A stretch of 63,465 nucleotides of DNA, filler included, from Globobulimina sp. (taxonomy: Eukaryota): assembly GCA_003354225.1 (NCBI GenBank). It is 55 parts of 55 records of this genome, joined end to end, with 100 filler letters (N's around TTAATTAATTAA, not from the genome) between each part and the next. Parts side by side here need not be neighbours in the genome. Positions count along the whole stretch, not along the records: positions 10,410 to 11,465 come from PIVH01024663.1; positions 11,566 to 12,621 come from PIVH01024664.1; positions 12,722 to 13,777 come from PIVH01024665.1; positions 13,878 to 14,933 come from PIVH01024666.1; positions 15,034 to 16,089 come from PIVH01024667.1; positions 16,190 to 17,245 come from PIVH01024668.1; positions 17,346 to 18,401 come from PIVH01024669.1; positions 18,502 to 19,557 come from PIVH01024670.1; 47 more parts are not named here. One strand, given 5' to 3'. The notes beneath the pieces were generated by a model. That model saw only the letters and a program-made list of their open reading frames with translations. It had not been told where the DNA came from and made no database searches. Positions 11,464-23,025 of this stretch are shown piece by piece; the first letter of the stretch is position 1; each line of letters opens with the position of its first letter. The position numbers and the translations under genes were made by a program.

Positions 11464-11714
11464 GGNNNNNNNNNNNNNNNNNNNNNNNNNNNNNNNNNNN
11501 NNNNNNNNNTTAATTAATTAANNNNNNNNNNNNNNNNNNNNNNNNNNNNNNNNNNNNNNNNNNNNATTAGAACAAAAAGACTATTTGCCAACACAGACAT
11601 AAGAAGGAGCTTTATCCAGATTTTGTTGCATTTTATTTGCAACATAAAATGCACTAAATATACAATCCAAAAAAGCAACCAACAACAACAGACACACACA
11701 TATAGAATCTATAT

Positions 11715-12621
11715 ATGTATATAGCCATGAATTCGAATATACTCTCCTTATTATGCATATTTGTAACATTTACATCGTATATTCATATCACAGAAAACAG
11801 GCTATTAAGTCAAGAAGATTATACATTATATTTTGATGAATATCATTTTGATTGGGATAACGGCGAAGATTGGCATGTAATCACAGCGGATAATACTCAA
11901 AAAACAGGCGACGGCAAAAGCTTTACCAAAATTGTGGCCTGCACTCTTCATATAAAAGGATTAAAAAAAAACCTCTGTGTTCACACCAAATCTGAAGGTG
12001 GATTCACTTTGAAATTTCAAGATTTCCCACACAAATCCTCTTCATTCCCAGATGTTGCTATGCCCGCTGAGTCTCACTCTGCTCATTTGGATCTAGACAA
12101 TGATTTTGAAAACTTCTTAAAATCACAATATACTGTCAACGATGATGATATATATGACATAGAATTAGATTTCCTAAATGATGACGATTGGAGTCAAGTA
12201 AATGCCATTTGGAATTGGAATATAAATGATAACCAACAACAACATATACAAAATATAAACCAAAATACATATTACGATCAATATTCACAACATAAACGGC
12301 GGCTAAATGATGAAGATGAAGATGAAGAAGAAGAAGAAGAAGAAGAGGAGTTTTTATTTGGTTCTAAGGCTAAGCGTCGCCGAAAACGTAGTTACGTTTC
12401 TATAATCCTTGCACATAACATATAATTTGTTAATTTTATATTCTCCATAGGACGCGAACGTAGAAGACATCACCGCAGAAGATACGGCATGGGCGGCATG
12501 GGAGGTATGGGTGGAATGGGTATGATGGGCGGCATGGGAGGTATGGGCATGGGAGGGATGGGCATGATGGGTGGTATCGGCGGTATGGGAGGGATGGGCG
12601 GTAGGAGTGATATGGGTCGTA
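11715..12621 (+). CDS. Secreted protein with poly-acidic, Arg-rich and Gly/Met-repeat blocks; intron 12391-12450; 3'-partial
   Basis: Signal peptide; removing the 60-nt GT-AG intron gives KRRRKRRRERRRHHRRRYGMGGMGGMGG. Confidence 0.8.
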
Positions 12622-13877
12622 NNNNNNNNNNNNNNNNNNNNNNNNNNNNNNNNNNNNNNNNNNNNTTAATTAATTAANNNNNNNNNNNNNNNNNNNNNNN
12701 NNNNNNNNNNNNNNNNNNNNNAGTTGTCATGACAAAACTCCTTTATAGAAATAAGCACTTCGTTAGCTTATTACCCAGGAGGATTAAATAAATGAGTTGA
12801 CAAATTAAAAGAAAATAACTGTTATCATTGTTTTGATCTGAATAAAAAAGAGAATAAAACATGGGATGCATTTCAAACTAAAAAAGAATGTATCATTGCT
12901 TGTTTTATATTTCCTGTGTGTTACTTTTGGATGTTTATTTGTTTTATTTTAAGGAAATTGAATGTTGGTCGTTGGGATGTTTGATGTGATGAGTTGGCAA
13001 ATCTATAATATTATAATAATTAATTTATTTATCCGTTTAATTATTTTTCTTTTTTGTGAATTTAATGTTCTTTGTGATTTTTGCTTTGTGGTTTTTTTTT
13101 CTTTTTTGTTTTGTGTACACACCTGTTTACGTTAAATTAATCTAAAAATCTAATCTAACTTACACTTATTTGATTTGTTTTTTATGTTTTAATATCGCAC
13201 ATTTCCTTTCAATTAAACATTTTATAGCTTTGATGGTATCATTTGATGCCAATTTTAATTCAAATTCAGTATTATTATGCGGTAAAACGTTGATTATACA
13301 AATAGTGACATATATTGTCTTCGCATTGCGGTTTTGTGGCGAATTTGAATGTGATGATATTTCAAATGATGTATTTGTTGCAGGTATTGATTGAGGTGAT
13401 AGATTGTCAAAATTATGGCTGTTTGTACCTATATTATAATCAATTAATTTTTTATGACTTTCTAATAATATTTCATTAAATAATAATTGATATCCATCGG
13501 ATTTATATTTATATGATTAATAATATTTTGAATTGTGTCATAAACAGAAACTTTTACTCTCAATAATGAATATTCAATGTTTTTCTCATTTGATTGGATA
13601 TAAATAGTAATTAATGAGTGAGAATTGTTGTTTTTCCATTTGATTTGGTGACGGTGTGTTGATGTGACAGGTTTATAAAAACTATTTTGAAATTTAAACT
13701 TTTCCAACACAAAAGTTTTCAAAGTTGTTTTTTTATAAAACTCAACTTATTTTAAATTTAATTAACTCTGAAGAAGGNNNNNNNNNNNNNNNNNNNNNNN
13801 NNNNNNNNNNNNNNNNNNNNNTTAATTAATTAANNNNNNNNNNNNNNNNNNNNNNNNNNNNNNNNNNNNNNNNNNNN

Positions 13878-14933
13878 GGAGAGATATTTTAATACAATAT
13901 TTTTCGGGTTAAAGACAGAGGAATCATAATAATAAGAGGACTCCCAATAATCTTCACTGCGGACAAAATCCCATTCTTCCAAAGGGTCCATGAAAATGTC
14001 GCTCAACGTGTCGTTGGGGCCACCGATAGGAATCGGTTGTAGTTGCTGGCCACAGTCGGGATAAAACGCCAAACCATGTTTGGCTGTGTGTTTGTGTTAG
14101 AATGCAAAAGTTGTTTATATATTTAGTTTTGTACTTAACTAAAATGCACAGCGGAGAAACTATCGCCATCGGAAAGCACCCTACGACAAAAACACATTAA
14201 TGTTGTATACAGATAGCAACACAAACCACATAAACAGGAAAACACTAAACATTATCGGTTGTATTTGGTCCACCGTATTCGTAATGGATCCAAATCCATT
14301 CATTTCAATGTTTAACCATATTGGTACATTAGATGTGACTGGAAAATACAGGTTTGTGTCCACAGACAATAACCAATCTGACATATACTGCGATATCGTA
14401 CCAATGGATAGAAATTGTATATTATCGAGTCCATGAGGTATAAAATCAGTAAATACAGTGTCATAAATTAAATCCCAATCAGATAATCGGGTTTTATACT
14501 GGTTACATTCCGCAAATGGTATAGTCGCCGGAGCTGTCGGTGTCGGAGTCGGCTGTCCCGTCATTTCATAGGTTTGATTGATACATAAATTACTAAATCC
14601 CCAGTAAATGGTATTCATACTCTCCAACATTGGATCATTGAAAGATATCTGTACATCCAACGACACATCGGAGGTGATTTGCGTTAACGTAATATCTACA
14701 CAAACATTACTCATATTTAATATACTAAAACATAGATAAATAACATACGTTGACTGCAATACTCCACAATATCGCCAGTGAATACACTCCATCCATTATC
14801 ACATGTTACCACCTCCCCAAACGGTGCAAAAACAGGGCTCTGAACACCATCAATCATGATATCAAACATTGCTTCAAATGGATAATATTGCTGCGTATTA
14901 TTGACAAGAAAATACAAATCAAACGCAATGGTT
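13878..14933 (-). CDS. Multi-exon hypothetical extracellular protein fragment
   Basis: Several same-strand ORF pieces, QPTPTPTAP linker, Cys residues; exon limits unresolved. Confidence 0.45.
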
Positions 14934-15033
14934 NNNNNNNNNNNNNNNNNNNNNNNNNNNNNNNNNNNNNNNNNNNNTTAATTAATTAANNNNNNNNNNN
15001 NNNNNNNNNNNNNNNNNNNNNNNNNNNNNNNNN

Positions 15034-16089
15034 ATTAATATGAAGGCATATAATCATGCACAATACCTTGAAGATGAAATTGATAAAATTGTTGATGTTT
15101 TGTTAGAAGCCGGTATCATATCTTTATATCAAGGAGAATGGGCATCACCTACCTTAATTGTTGTAAATAATGACGGATCCACCCGACTCGTAGTCGATTA
15201 TACCCGCGTTAATTCCATAACTAAGGAATTAAGCTGGCCATGTCCTAATATCAATGATGAAATCATTAAATTTCACGGTAAACAAATATTCAGCAAATTT
15301 GACATAATCAAAGCATTCCATAACGTCCGAGTACATCCAGATTCTAAGAAATATACAGCATTCAAAACAAAGTCTGGAACGTATACATGGAATTATATGC
15401 CATTTGGCGGATGCAACTGTCCAGCAACATGGGCATTAGCCAGTGATATCGCATTCAAAGGTATGGCAGATTTAATTAAATATGTTGATGACTTCGTAAT
15501 CGCATCCGTTGACGAATCATCTCATTTGAAATCCATTGAAACATTCTTCCAACGCCTAGAAGATAAAAATATGAAAATTAAATTATCTAAATGCGAATTC
15601 TTTAAATCAAGCTGTACATTCGTTGGACATACCATTTGCAGCAAAGGTGTTTCTCCGAGTAAAAAATACATAAATGAAATATTACAGCTTCGTAAACCAC
15701 GCAATAAACCCGAATTAGGACGCTATATTGGTATGGTTGGATGGCTCGCTAAGTATATATTCAAAATAAAGCAAGCTTTAGCTCCAATCATGAAATTAAA
15801 TCGTAAAGGATCCAAATTTTCAGATTGGAATGAGAAACATGATAAGGCATTTTATAAAATACAAACCTTAATTAATAATGCCGACATATTAAAACACCCT
15901 GAAATGGATAAGGAATTTTTTATTTGGACCGATGCATCTATCCATGGAATGGGAGCAGTTTTGATGCAGCAAGATGACAAAGGCGAATACCAACCGATTG
16001 AATTCTACAGCAAAAACTTTGTCGGACCAGAATTTAATTGGCATATCACCACCAAGGAATTATTTGTCGTAATACGAGCCATTGAGAAA
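15034..16089 (+). mobile_element. pol: Ty3/gypsy LTR retrotransposon pol: reverse transcriptase + RNase H
   Basis: WASP, RLVVDY, MPFG, YVDD, KC.F, TDAS..GMGAVL.Q, KEL motifs; no interruptions. Confidence 0.96.
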
Positions 16090-16189
16090 NNNNNNNNNNN
16101 NNNNNNNNNNNNNNNNNNNNNNNNNNNNNNNNNTTAATTAATTAANNNNNNNNNNNNNNNNNNNNNNNNNNNNNNNNNNNNNNNNNNNN

Positions 16190-16348
16190 GCATGCTGGTA
16201 AGCAACATGTTAAACATGTTGTTCAACATGCAGGCATAATGCTGGCATATTAGATTTGGTGCAGCCAGCTCTTAGGCAACATGTTGAACATGTTACTCAA
16301 ATGTTCAACCCACAATTTTAAAACCCCTGAGAAAGTGTCCACACTCTT
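16190..16348. repeat. Dispersed repeat end with AACATGTT palindromes, related to 50711-50760
   Basis: 16330-16348 is the exact reverse complement of 50711-50729. Confidence 0.65.
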
Positions 16349-16484
16349 GCATTCTTATAATGAATACATTCAATTGCAAAAGAAATGGAATCCTATTGTG
16401 CAACATATGAATCAGTTAAATAACATCAGGTATTACAAATTTAGAAAACTATATACAAATAATCAAATAACAGTTACAAACAAC

Positions 16485-16970
16485 ATGTTTTCTTGGATTT
16501 GTAATACAATGTTTATAATATTTGTTATTTGTTTTTGTATACTGTTAATTATAAGAAGCAAACATGTGATCCATTTATTAAAGACAATATGTTCAAATAT
16601 ATCACAAAATCCTTCAAACAAAAAGTATCAGCGAATTGAATTGGAGGAAATATCAAAGAAATTCGGAAAATATGAAATATGTGTGACTTTATTATATGAT
16701 GTTGGTTTTATTAAATCATCATATGGCGGTCTAGAAACATTAGTATTCAATAAAAATAATGATAATATGTCATTATTGAATAAAATGAATCAAAAATTAA
16801 ATAATGAGCCATTGCATACAGAAGATCATAAAAATAATGAAAAGAAACACAAGAATTTTGTATCAATTGATGATTTAACCGAAAATGATACATTTGAACC
16901 AGTATCATATTTTGAGCATAGAATACATAGATTTAAATTGATGATTGGATCATTGTTCAAGACCATATAA
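16485..16970 (+). CDS. Membrane-anchored PUB-domain protein
   Basis: TM helix then LLKTICSNISQNPSNKKYQRI...LLYDVGF; start codon uncertain. Confidence 0.7.
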   Translation: MFSWICNTMFIIFVICFCILLIIRSKHVIHLLKTICSNISQNPSNKKYQRIELEEISKKFGKYEICVTLLYDVGFIKSSYGGLETLVFNKNNDNMSLLNKMNQKLNNEPLHTEDHKNNEKKHKNFVSIDDLTENDTFEPVSYFEHRIHRFKLMIGSLFKTI

Positions 16971-17345
16971 ATTTAATTTCGTCACATTATAAATTTTATG
17001 GCAAAGCACATTAAAACAACAATTTTATCCGAATTGAAATATAATGCATTAGAAAAAGATGTTTTTAATGATGAAAAAATTGATTACGAAATACAAATTA
17101 TATCAAAAACCGAACGTATTTCACAGGATATATATACTTATTATAATAAAGCCAAACTTTAAAAAAGCTGAAATGCGATATCTCGGGATTTATTGGTGCT
17201 ATAACATTCAAACTTTTTTATTCGGTTTCTTTGTTAAAAATGATTNNNNNNNNNNNNNNNNNNNNNNNNNNNNNNNNNNNNNNNNNNNNTTAATTAATTA
17301 ANNNNNNNNNNNNNNNNNNNNNNNNNNNNNNNNNNNNNNNNNNNN

Positions 17346-18401
17346 GTTCAACACCAGCATCGTTATAATCTGATGAGAATTCTTGATCTCGAAATACTGT
17401 CAAACCTTCTTTTAAACTCAATTGAAACCAGTCGCGACATGTCACTCTGTTGCCTGTGTAATTGTGACTGGCAAATGTTTTTTGAGTAAGTAAGTAAGTT
17501 TTTTTTTTTTGCAAAGCCAAATGAGAGAATCACTTAACAAGTATTCATGCGCAATCACGCGTTGTATGTTATGATAATCCGTATCCGTCGCAGTATCATT
17601 GGACGCCAACACATATTTTGTGTTAAATATGTTTAAAGACTTATTTTCCATGGCACCCATATTGAAATCATCCACGGCAACAATATTAAATAAATCCAAG
17701 TCGTATTCCAAACCAAATCTGTCTTCATCCCATTTCATAGCTTGTTTCACGGATTGCATGGCCCAGTCACACTTGTCAATATTATGAGATTCTGTATAAA
17801 TTCGTAAAATAACGTCTTTCTCCGATTTAAAAGTTGTAAATCTATCTTCAATGTATTCCAAATCACCGGCAATTAATGCAAACAAATAACATGGTTTACA
17901 ATATGGATCAGACCATTTTATAAAATGCCGATTTGAATCCAATTCATCAATTCCTGACTCTGTAACGTTTCCATTCGAGAGTAATATCGGATATTTTTGT
18001 TTATCCGCTCTTATAATTGTTGTATATGATGAGGTTACATCGGGTCTATCAAAAAAATATGTTATTTTTCTGAAACCTTCGGCTTCGCATTGTGTGCAAT
18101 AAATATTTGAACTTTTGTATAATCCTTCCAGCGATGTGTTGTCTTCCGGTCTTATTTTATTTTGCTATAAAATATGTACAAAAACACATAGAAACACTTG
18201 TTTTTTTCACAGATTATATATAAACTTAACAATGATAATTGGAATGTTGCTATTTTCATCGTAAAAGTGAGGTTGTAATGGTATTTGCAATGAGCCGTTG
18301 TCATTAATGGTATAATCGCACGAATTGCCGTTAACAGAAATACTTTGAATTTGCAATGATTTGTCGCCATCAAATAATATTGAATTGTTTAGGATATTTC
18401 C
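17346..18401 (-). CDS. pepN: M1 aminopeptidase N (PepN type), partial; introns 17468-17538 and 18151-18225
   Basis: [19 protein letters not shown], spliced [25 protein letters not shown]. Confidence 0.96.
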
Positions 18402-18824
18402 NNNNNNNNNNNNNNNNNNNNNNNNNNNNNNNNNNNNNNNNNNNNTTAATTAATTAANNNNNNNNNNNNNNNNNNNNNNNNNNNNNNNNNNNNNNNNNNN
18501 NAAATCCAGTAAAAAAATCTACATTTTTTTTTATGTGTGAAAAATATAAATAGAATTTTTTTTTTAGGAAATTCTTGTTTTTTAAAAAATCAAGTTTATA
18601 AAAATATCCATAAAAAACTTAGCATTTTTGAGAATTCTAGATCGTAAAATGTGGGTCACCCATCGCCAAGGGGATTCGGCAAAAGCTTGTATGTGATATG
18701 CTCTTATTATCATAAACTACTTTACTTCACTTTACTTCACATCATCCAAACATCCGCCCGCTAGCCTACTAGTAGCTAAACAAGAAAGTTTGACATAACC
18801 AAACCACACCACACCAGACATCCG

Positions 18825-19557
18825 ATGTTATTTTTATTAATATTAACAGTGATTGCTTGTATCACAAATTCGCAGCCTCTTCAATGTCTTTTGTCGCAAA
18901 CTGAATTATTTTATGAAAACGCTGAAGATTTAAATGATTGGATATTTGACACTGACGGAACAGCTGTGACTGGTTATCAGCCTCTGATTAATAATACAGA
19001 TTGGTGTTATGACGAAGCTACTTGTTATGGTATTATTGAATTAGATTCTGATTCAGTCACAACAACACCAAATTTCTTATCCAATTTAGGATTAATATCA
19101 ACAATCGGATTCACAGATATTACCATCAATTATGCATTAAGACATTTTGCGTTTAATTATACAGATGGAGACGTCGTAACCACTGCAAATGGAGAGTGCG
19201 GGACTAGTTATACCGTCAATGGAGAAACATTTTCAACCCTTGATTCACACGCTTCTGTCGCTGGTATCACCTTAGACGAATTCTACAACAATTCATCGAT
19301 GCTAATAATTACAGAATCACTCGGTACGGACGCAAGTAATACAGCAACACTTCAAATTCGATGGGGATTGACATCATTGTGGCCAATTAATTCCACCGAC
19401 AGCGGGAACCAACATCAGTGTGCAATCGATGAAATTAGATTATGTGGCACGGCCATTACAACATCAACGACTGCCACACCAACAACCACCACACCAACGA
19501 CGTATCACAGTGATTCGGGTTCTGGTTCTGGCGATTCCTCAGACAGTGCTTCAAAGA
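18825..19557 (+). CDS. Secreted acidic protein with Thr- and Ser/Gly-rich linker, 3'-partial
   Basis: Signal peptide MLFLLILTVIACITNS, beta-rich domain ending CAIDEIRLCG. Confidence 0.7.
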
Positions 19558-19879
19558 NNNNNNNNNNNNNNNNNNNNNNNNNNNNNNNNNNNNNNNNNNN
19601 NTTAATTAATTAANNNNNNNNNNNNNNNNNNNNNNNNNNNNNNNNNNNNNNNNNNNNATAAACTGCAAGCCGCACAACGTACAAAACAAAGTAGCAAATA
19701 AATAAATGATAACATCTGCTTTTGTCTGTGGCGAAATATTCAAGGACAGTTTTCCAGAGTTTTTTTTTTGAAGAAAAACCCACATCAACAAAATATTTGG
19801 TCAAGACATCCATGGTCCACGTCACTTGAACTAAACATTGATTGATCGGATCCCATCTAATACCAAATAGGCACACACA

Positions 19880-20713
19880 ATGTCTGTGAAATTACGCGAA
19901 TTAATTCGAGAGGTTCGACAATGTAAATCAGCCTCCGCTGAACGCGGAGTGATTGCCAAAGAATTAGCAAATATCCGTACCGCCATTAAGATCAAAGACA
20001 AATTAGAATATAGACACCGCAATGTCGCGAAATTAATGTATTGCGACATGTTAGGATACCCGACACATTTCGGTCAAATGGAAGTGCTCAAATTATTGGC
20101 CTCCAAACCTTTTGTCGAGAAGAGATTGGGCTATTTGGCATTGATGCAATTATTGGACGAAAACACCGAAGTCTTAATGCTGTCCACTCAGTCGCTAAAA
20201 CAAGACATGTGCCATGAAAACCCGTTCATCGTTGGTTTGGCCCTCTGTGCTATGGGCAACATCGCGTCGACCGACATCTCGCGCGATTTGGCGCGCGAAT
20301 TAGAGAAGTTATTGAAGCACAGCAACCCATACATTCGTAAAAAAGTTAAGAAATACTCGCAAAATCGCACCCATATCACACACATCATCCCCACACCAAA
20401 GGCGCTGTGCACCGCCATCCGAGTCATCAACCGCGTGCCCGAAATGTGCGAGGAATATTTCAAATGCGCGGTGGGCACATTGGAGGATTCGGGCCAAGGC
20501 CATGGCCCCACTGTGGCCGCGGTGCAGTTGATCTACGCCATCTGCAAGAAACGCAGCAAGCACATAAAGAAATTGCGCAAATGCTCCGGCCACATCATCT
20601 CCCGCTTGTCGTCGTTGTTGCGCTCGTCCTACGACCCCGACCACGACATCGCCGGCGTGAACGACCCTTTCTTACAAGTCTATCTCTTGAAGTTACTACG
20701 CCTCATCTCGACC
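19880..20713 (+). CDS. AP1G1: AP-1 complex gamma adaptin, N-terminal; in-frame intron 20345-20401
   Basis: LRELIR.VR.CK..AER, RHRNVAKL.Y..MLGYP.HFGQME, GV.DPFLQV. Confidence 0.96.
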
Positions 20714-20813
20714 NNNNNNNNNNNNNNNNNNNNNNNNNNNNNNNNNNNNNNNNNNNNTTAATTAATTAANNNNNNNNNNNNNNNNNNNNNNNNNNNNNNN
20801 NNNNNNNNNNNNN

Positions 20814-21290
20814 TAATTCATTAAATTTATGTAAATGGAATTTTAAGCCTTTGACAGATTGATATAATGTTAAATTGACATATGAATAATTTTGAATTGC
20901 TGTTAAATCTAATTTTTGTAATAAATTTGGTGAATTACATCCTAAAAAAATAAATCTGTTCGTTTTACTCAAATTAAGATTATCATTTTGATCTAAAAAT
21001 GAAGAGGTATAACACCAATTAATCGTTTTGGTAATTGATCTAATTTAATATTTTGTGTTGGAATCGGTTTGGGTTTTTTCTTTCGGGATAAAATAATATT
21101 TGATATTGTATTATTAATATTATCAGCCTCAGATTGTTGATTTGCCAATGTATTTAATATTTGATTAAATAATGCCTTGATAATAATGTTACTCTCTCCA
21201 TTTAATAATTTAGTAACAAATAGATATGTTTCGGATTGTGTTAACTGTGCTGCTAAAAATCGAAATCTTATGGCTTGGTTAAGCGACATA
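20814..21290 (-). pseudogene. F-box-like family gene with a frameshift near 21012 (or assembly error)
   Basis: IKLDQLPKRLIG continues as YTSSFLDQNDNLNLSKTNRFIFLGCNSP only after removing 2 nt. Confidence 0.6.
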
Positions 21291-21437
21291 ATGGAGGTTT
21301 TAGTAAGGAGTGAAGCACATCTTTTAGGAATATAGTTATTTGCTGGCACAACATTTGAAGAAAAGGACAACACATTCTTTAATGATAAATAGCAATGATC
21401 GACGTCATACAAACATTAAACAAAAACAAAAGTTAAT

Positions 21438-21869
21438 TCACAATGCAATTCTCAATATTCTTTGTCCAAATGGTGGTTTGATTGCATATAATCCCAATCC
21501 ATTGCATTGATGCGGTAATTCATTCTCAATCATTGTCTGTAACTTATTGATAATGCCTTTATTCTCAATGGGATACATCGGCTTTACTCTGATTCTTAAT
21601 TTCGACTTTTGCAACGATTTTGCAAATGGTTTATATAAATAATTCTCAGCACGAAGCAACCTTTGAGTGTGCGGGAATTTTGACAATGACTGTTTTTCAA
21701 ACACCAACATATCGCCGATTAAAAACCGCGGCACTTTTTTATTACTGTTTATATTATCAACCACCAATTCGCCACTACACAGTGTCCCGTCCATATATTT
21801 ATTATTCGCGCCATCATAGAAAATGGTGCCTGGAATATGGTAAATTCCGCCTAATTTCCCAGTGGATAA
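21438..21869 (-). CDS. Divergent mRNA-capping guanylyltransferase-like nucleotidyltransferase fragment
   Basis: GTLCSGELVVD (motif III), RFLIGDML (IIIa), IRVKPMYP, LPHQCNGL (IV). Confidence 0.65.
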   Translation of the reverse strand, partial: LSTGKLGGIYHIPGTIFYDGANNKYMDGTLCSGELVVDNINSNKKVPRFLIGDMLVFEKQSLSKFPHTQRLLRAENYLYKPFAKSLQKSKLRIRVKPMYPIENKGIINKLQTMIENELPHQCNGLGLYAIKPPFGQRILRIAL

Positions 21870-21996
21870 NNNNNNNNNNNNNNNNNNNNNNNNNNNNNNN
21901 NNNNNNNNNNNNNTTAATTAATTAANNNNNNNNNNNNNNNNNNNNNNNNNNNNNNNNNNNNNNNNNNNNGTTACGTGTAATCATTATACGTAAAGG

Positions 21997-23025
21997 GTGA
22001 AAAATATCATTTTTAAATACAAAAAACTAAATTTCGACGTGGACGGATACTGTGCGAGTTGTTCACTGTTAAATAGATCAAATAATATCAAAAACGGTAC
22101 CGGTGAATTAGAGAGGTACAATAACATCGATTATATCAATTTATTACGCACCAACGTCTCGGACAAAATACCTAATCAAATACTCGACGATTATACAAAT
22201 TTATTAGCTGAATATTACAAAATACTATGCACGACAAAGGACGATCGAGTTATTGAATTATATGAAAAATTATTAAACTTGGCGCCGAAAATCATTTTAA
22301 ACGAAAATAATCGCGGAACGGGAGACAGTGAAGAAAATAAAAAATTAGTTTTACATTTTATGCAGAAAAAATTGAGAGCATTTCGGGAATTAAATTTTAA
22401 CGAAATCATTAAAGCTGTGGCTTATACGGAGTGCGAAATGGAAAAAGTCCGTAAATCTATAGAAGCATCAAAAGAAAAATACAAATTATTGGACGACATT
22501 GAAATGGATATTAAATTACAAAATATGCGAAAAAATAGAATTGCAAAATATGCGAAATTAAATGATTTGAGCAAAGCTTACAAACAAACCGAATATGAGC
22601 CGGCGATGGAAATGACGGATCAAAAAATTAAAAAATGGCACAGTAAATTTATTAAAATGAAGCAGTATAAAAAGAAAATAAAATATATTAATGGATCGTA
22701 CAAATTTATTAAAATTGAAAAAGAAATCATGGATAAATTGGTAAATAAAATGAAAAAAGGCAGCACCGGCGGACCGGACCAACAGTCGGCATTTCATCAT
22801 CAACAATTATATAATCACAACAATGATGAATATAAGCACTGGTTTTGTAAATATATTGAGAGAATTTGTAACAATCAAATCACGCCGTTTCAAATACAAA
22901 ATATTATGACATCGAATGTGATTCCAATCCCAAAGAAAGATCCAACCGATTTAAGGCCGTTAATTTTAAATAAAATAATTATACGTTTAGCAAATGCATA
23001 TTCTGTGTATTCGGAGATACAACTT
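21997..23025 (+). mobile_element. Non-LTR retrotransposon ORF, N-terminal region up to RT domains 0-2
   Basis: KKGSTGGPD, VIPIPKK...DLRPL..IIIRL. Confidence 0.8.

Noticed and set aside
12722-13777. Possible ubiquitin-like domain pieces on the minus strand
   Set aside because: Broken by stops with no convincing splice solution
16281-16484. N-terminal part of the 229-aa ORF
   Set aside because: Overlaps a dispersed repeat and begins with repeat-derived text
20188-20769. Overlapping alternative ORFs in AP1G; likewise in NDUFA9 and PCCA
   Set aside because: Shadow ORFs of GC-richer coding sequence
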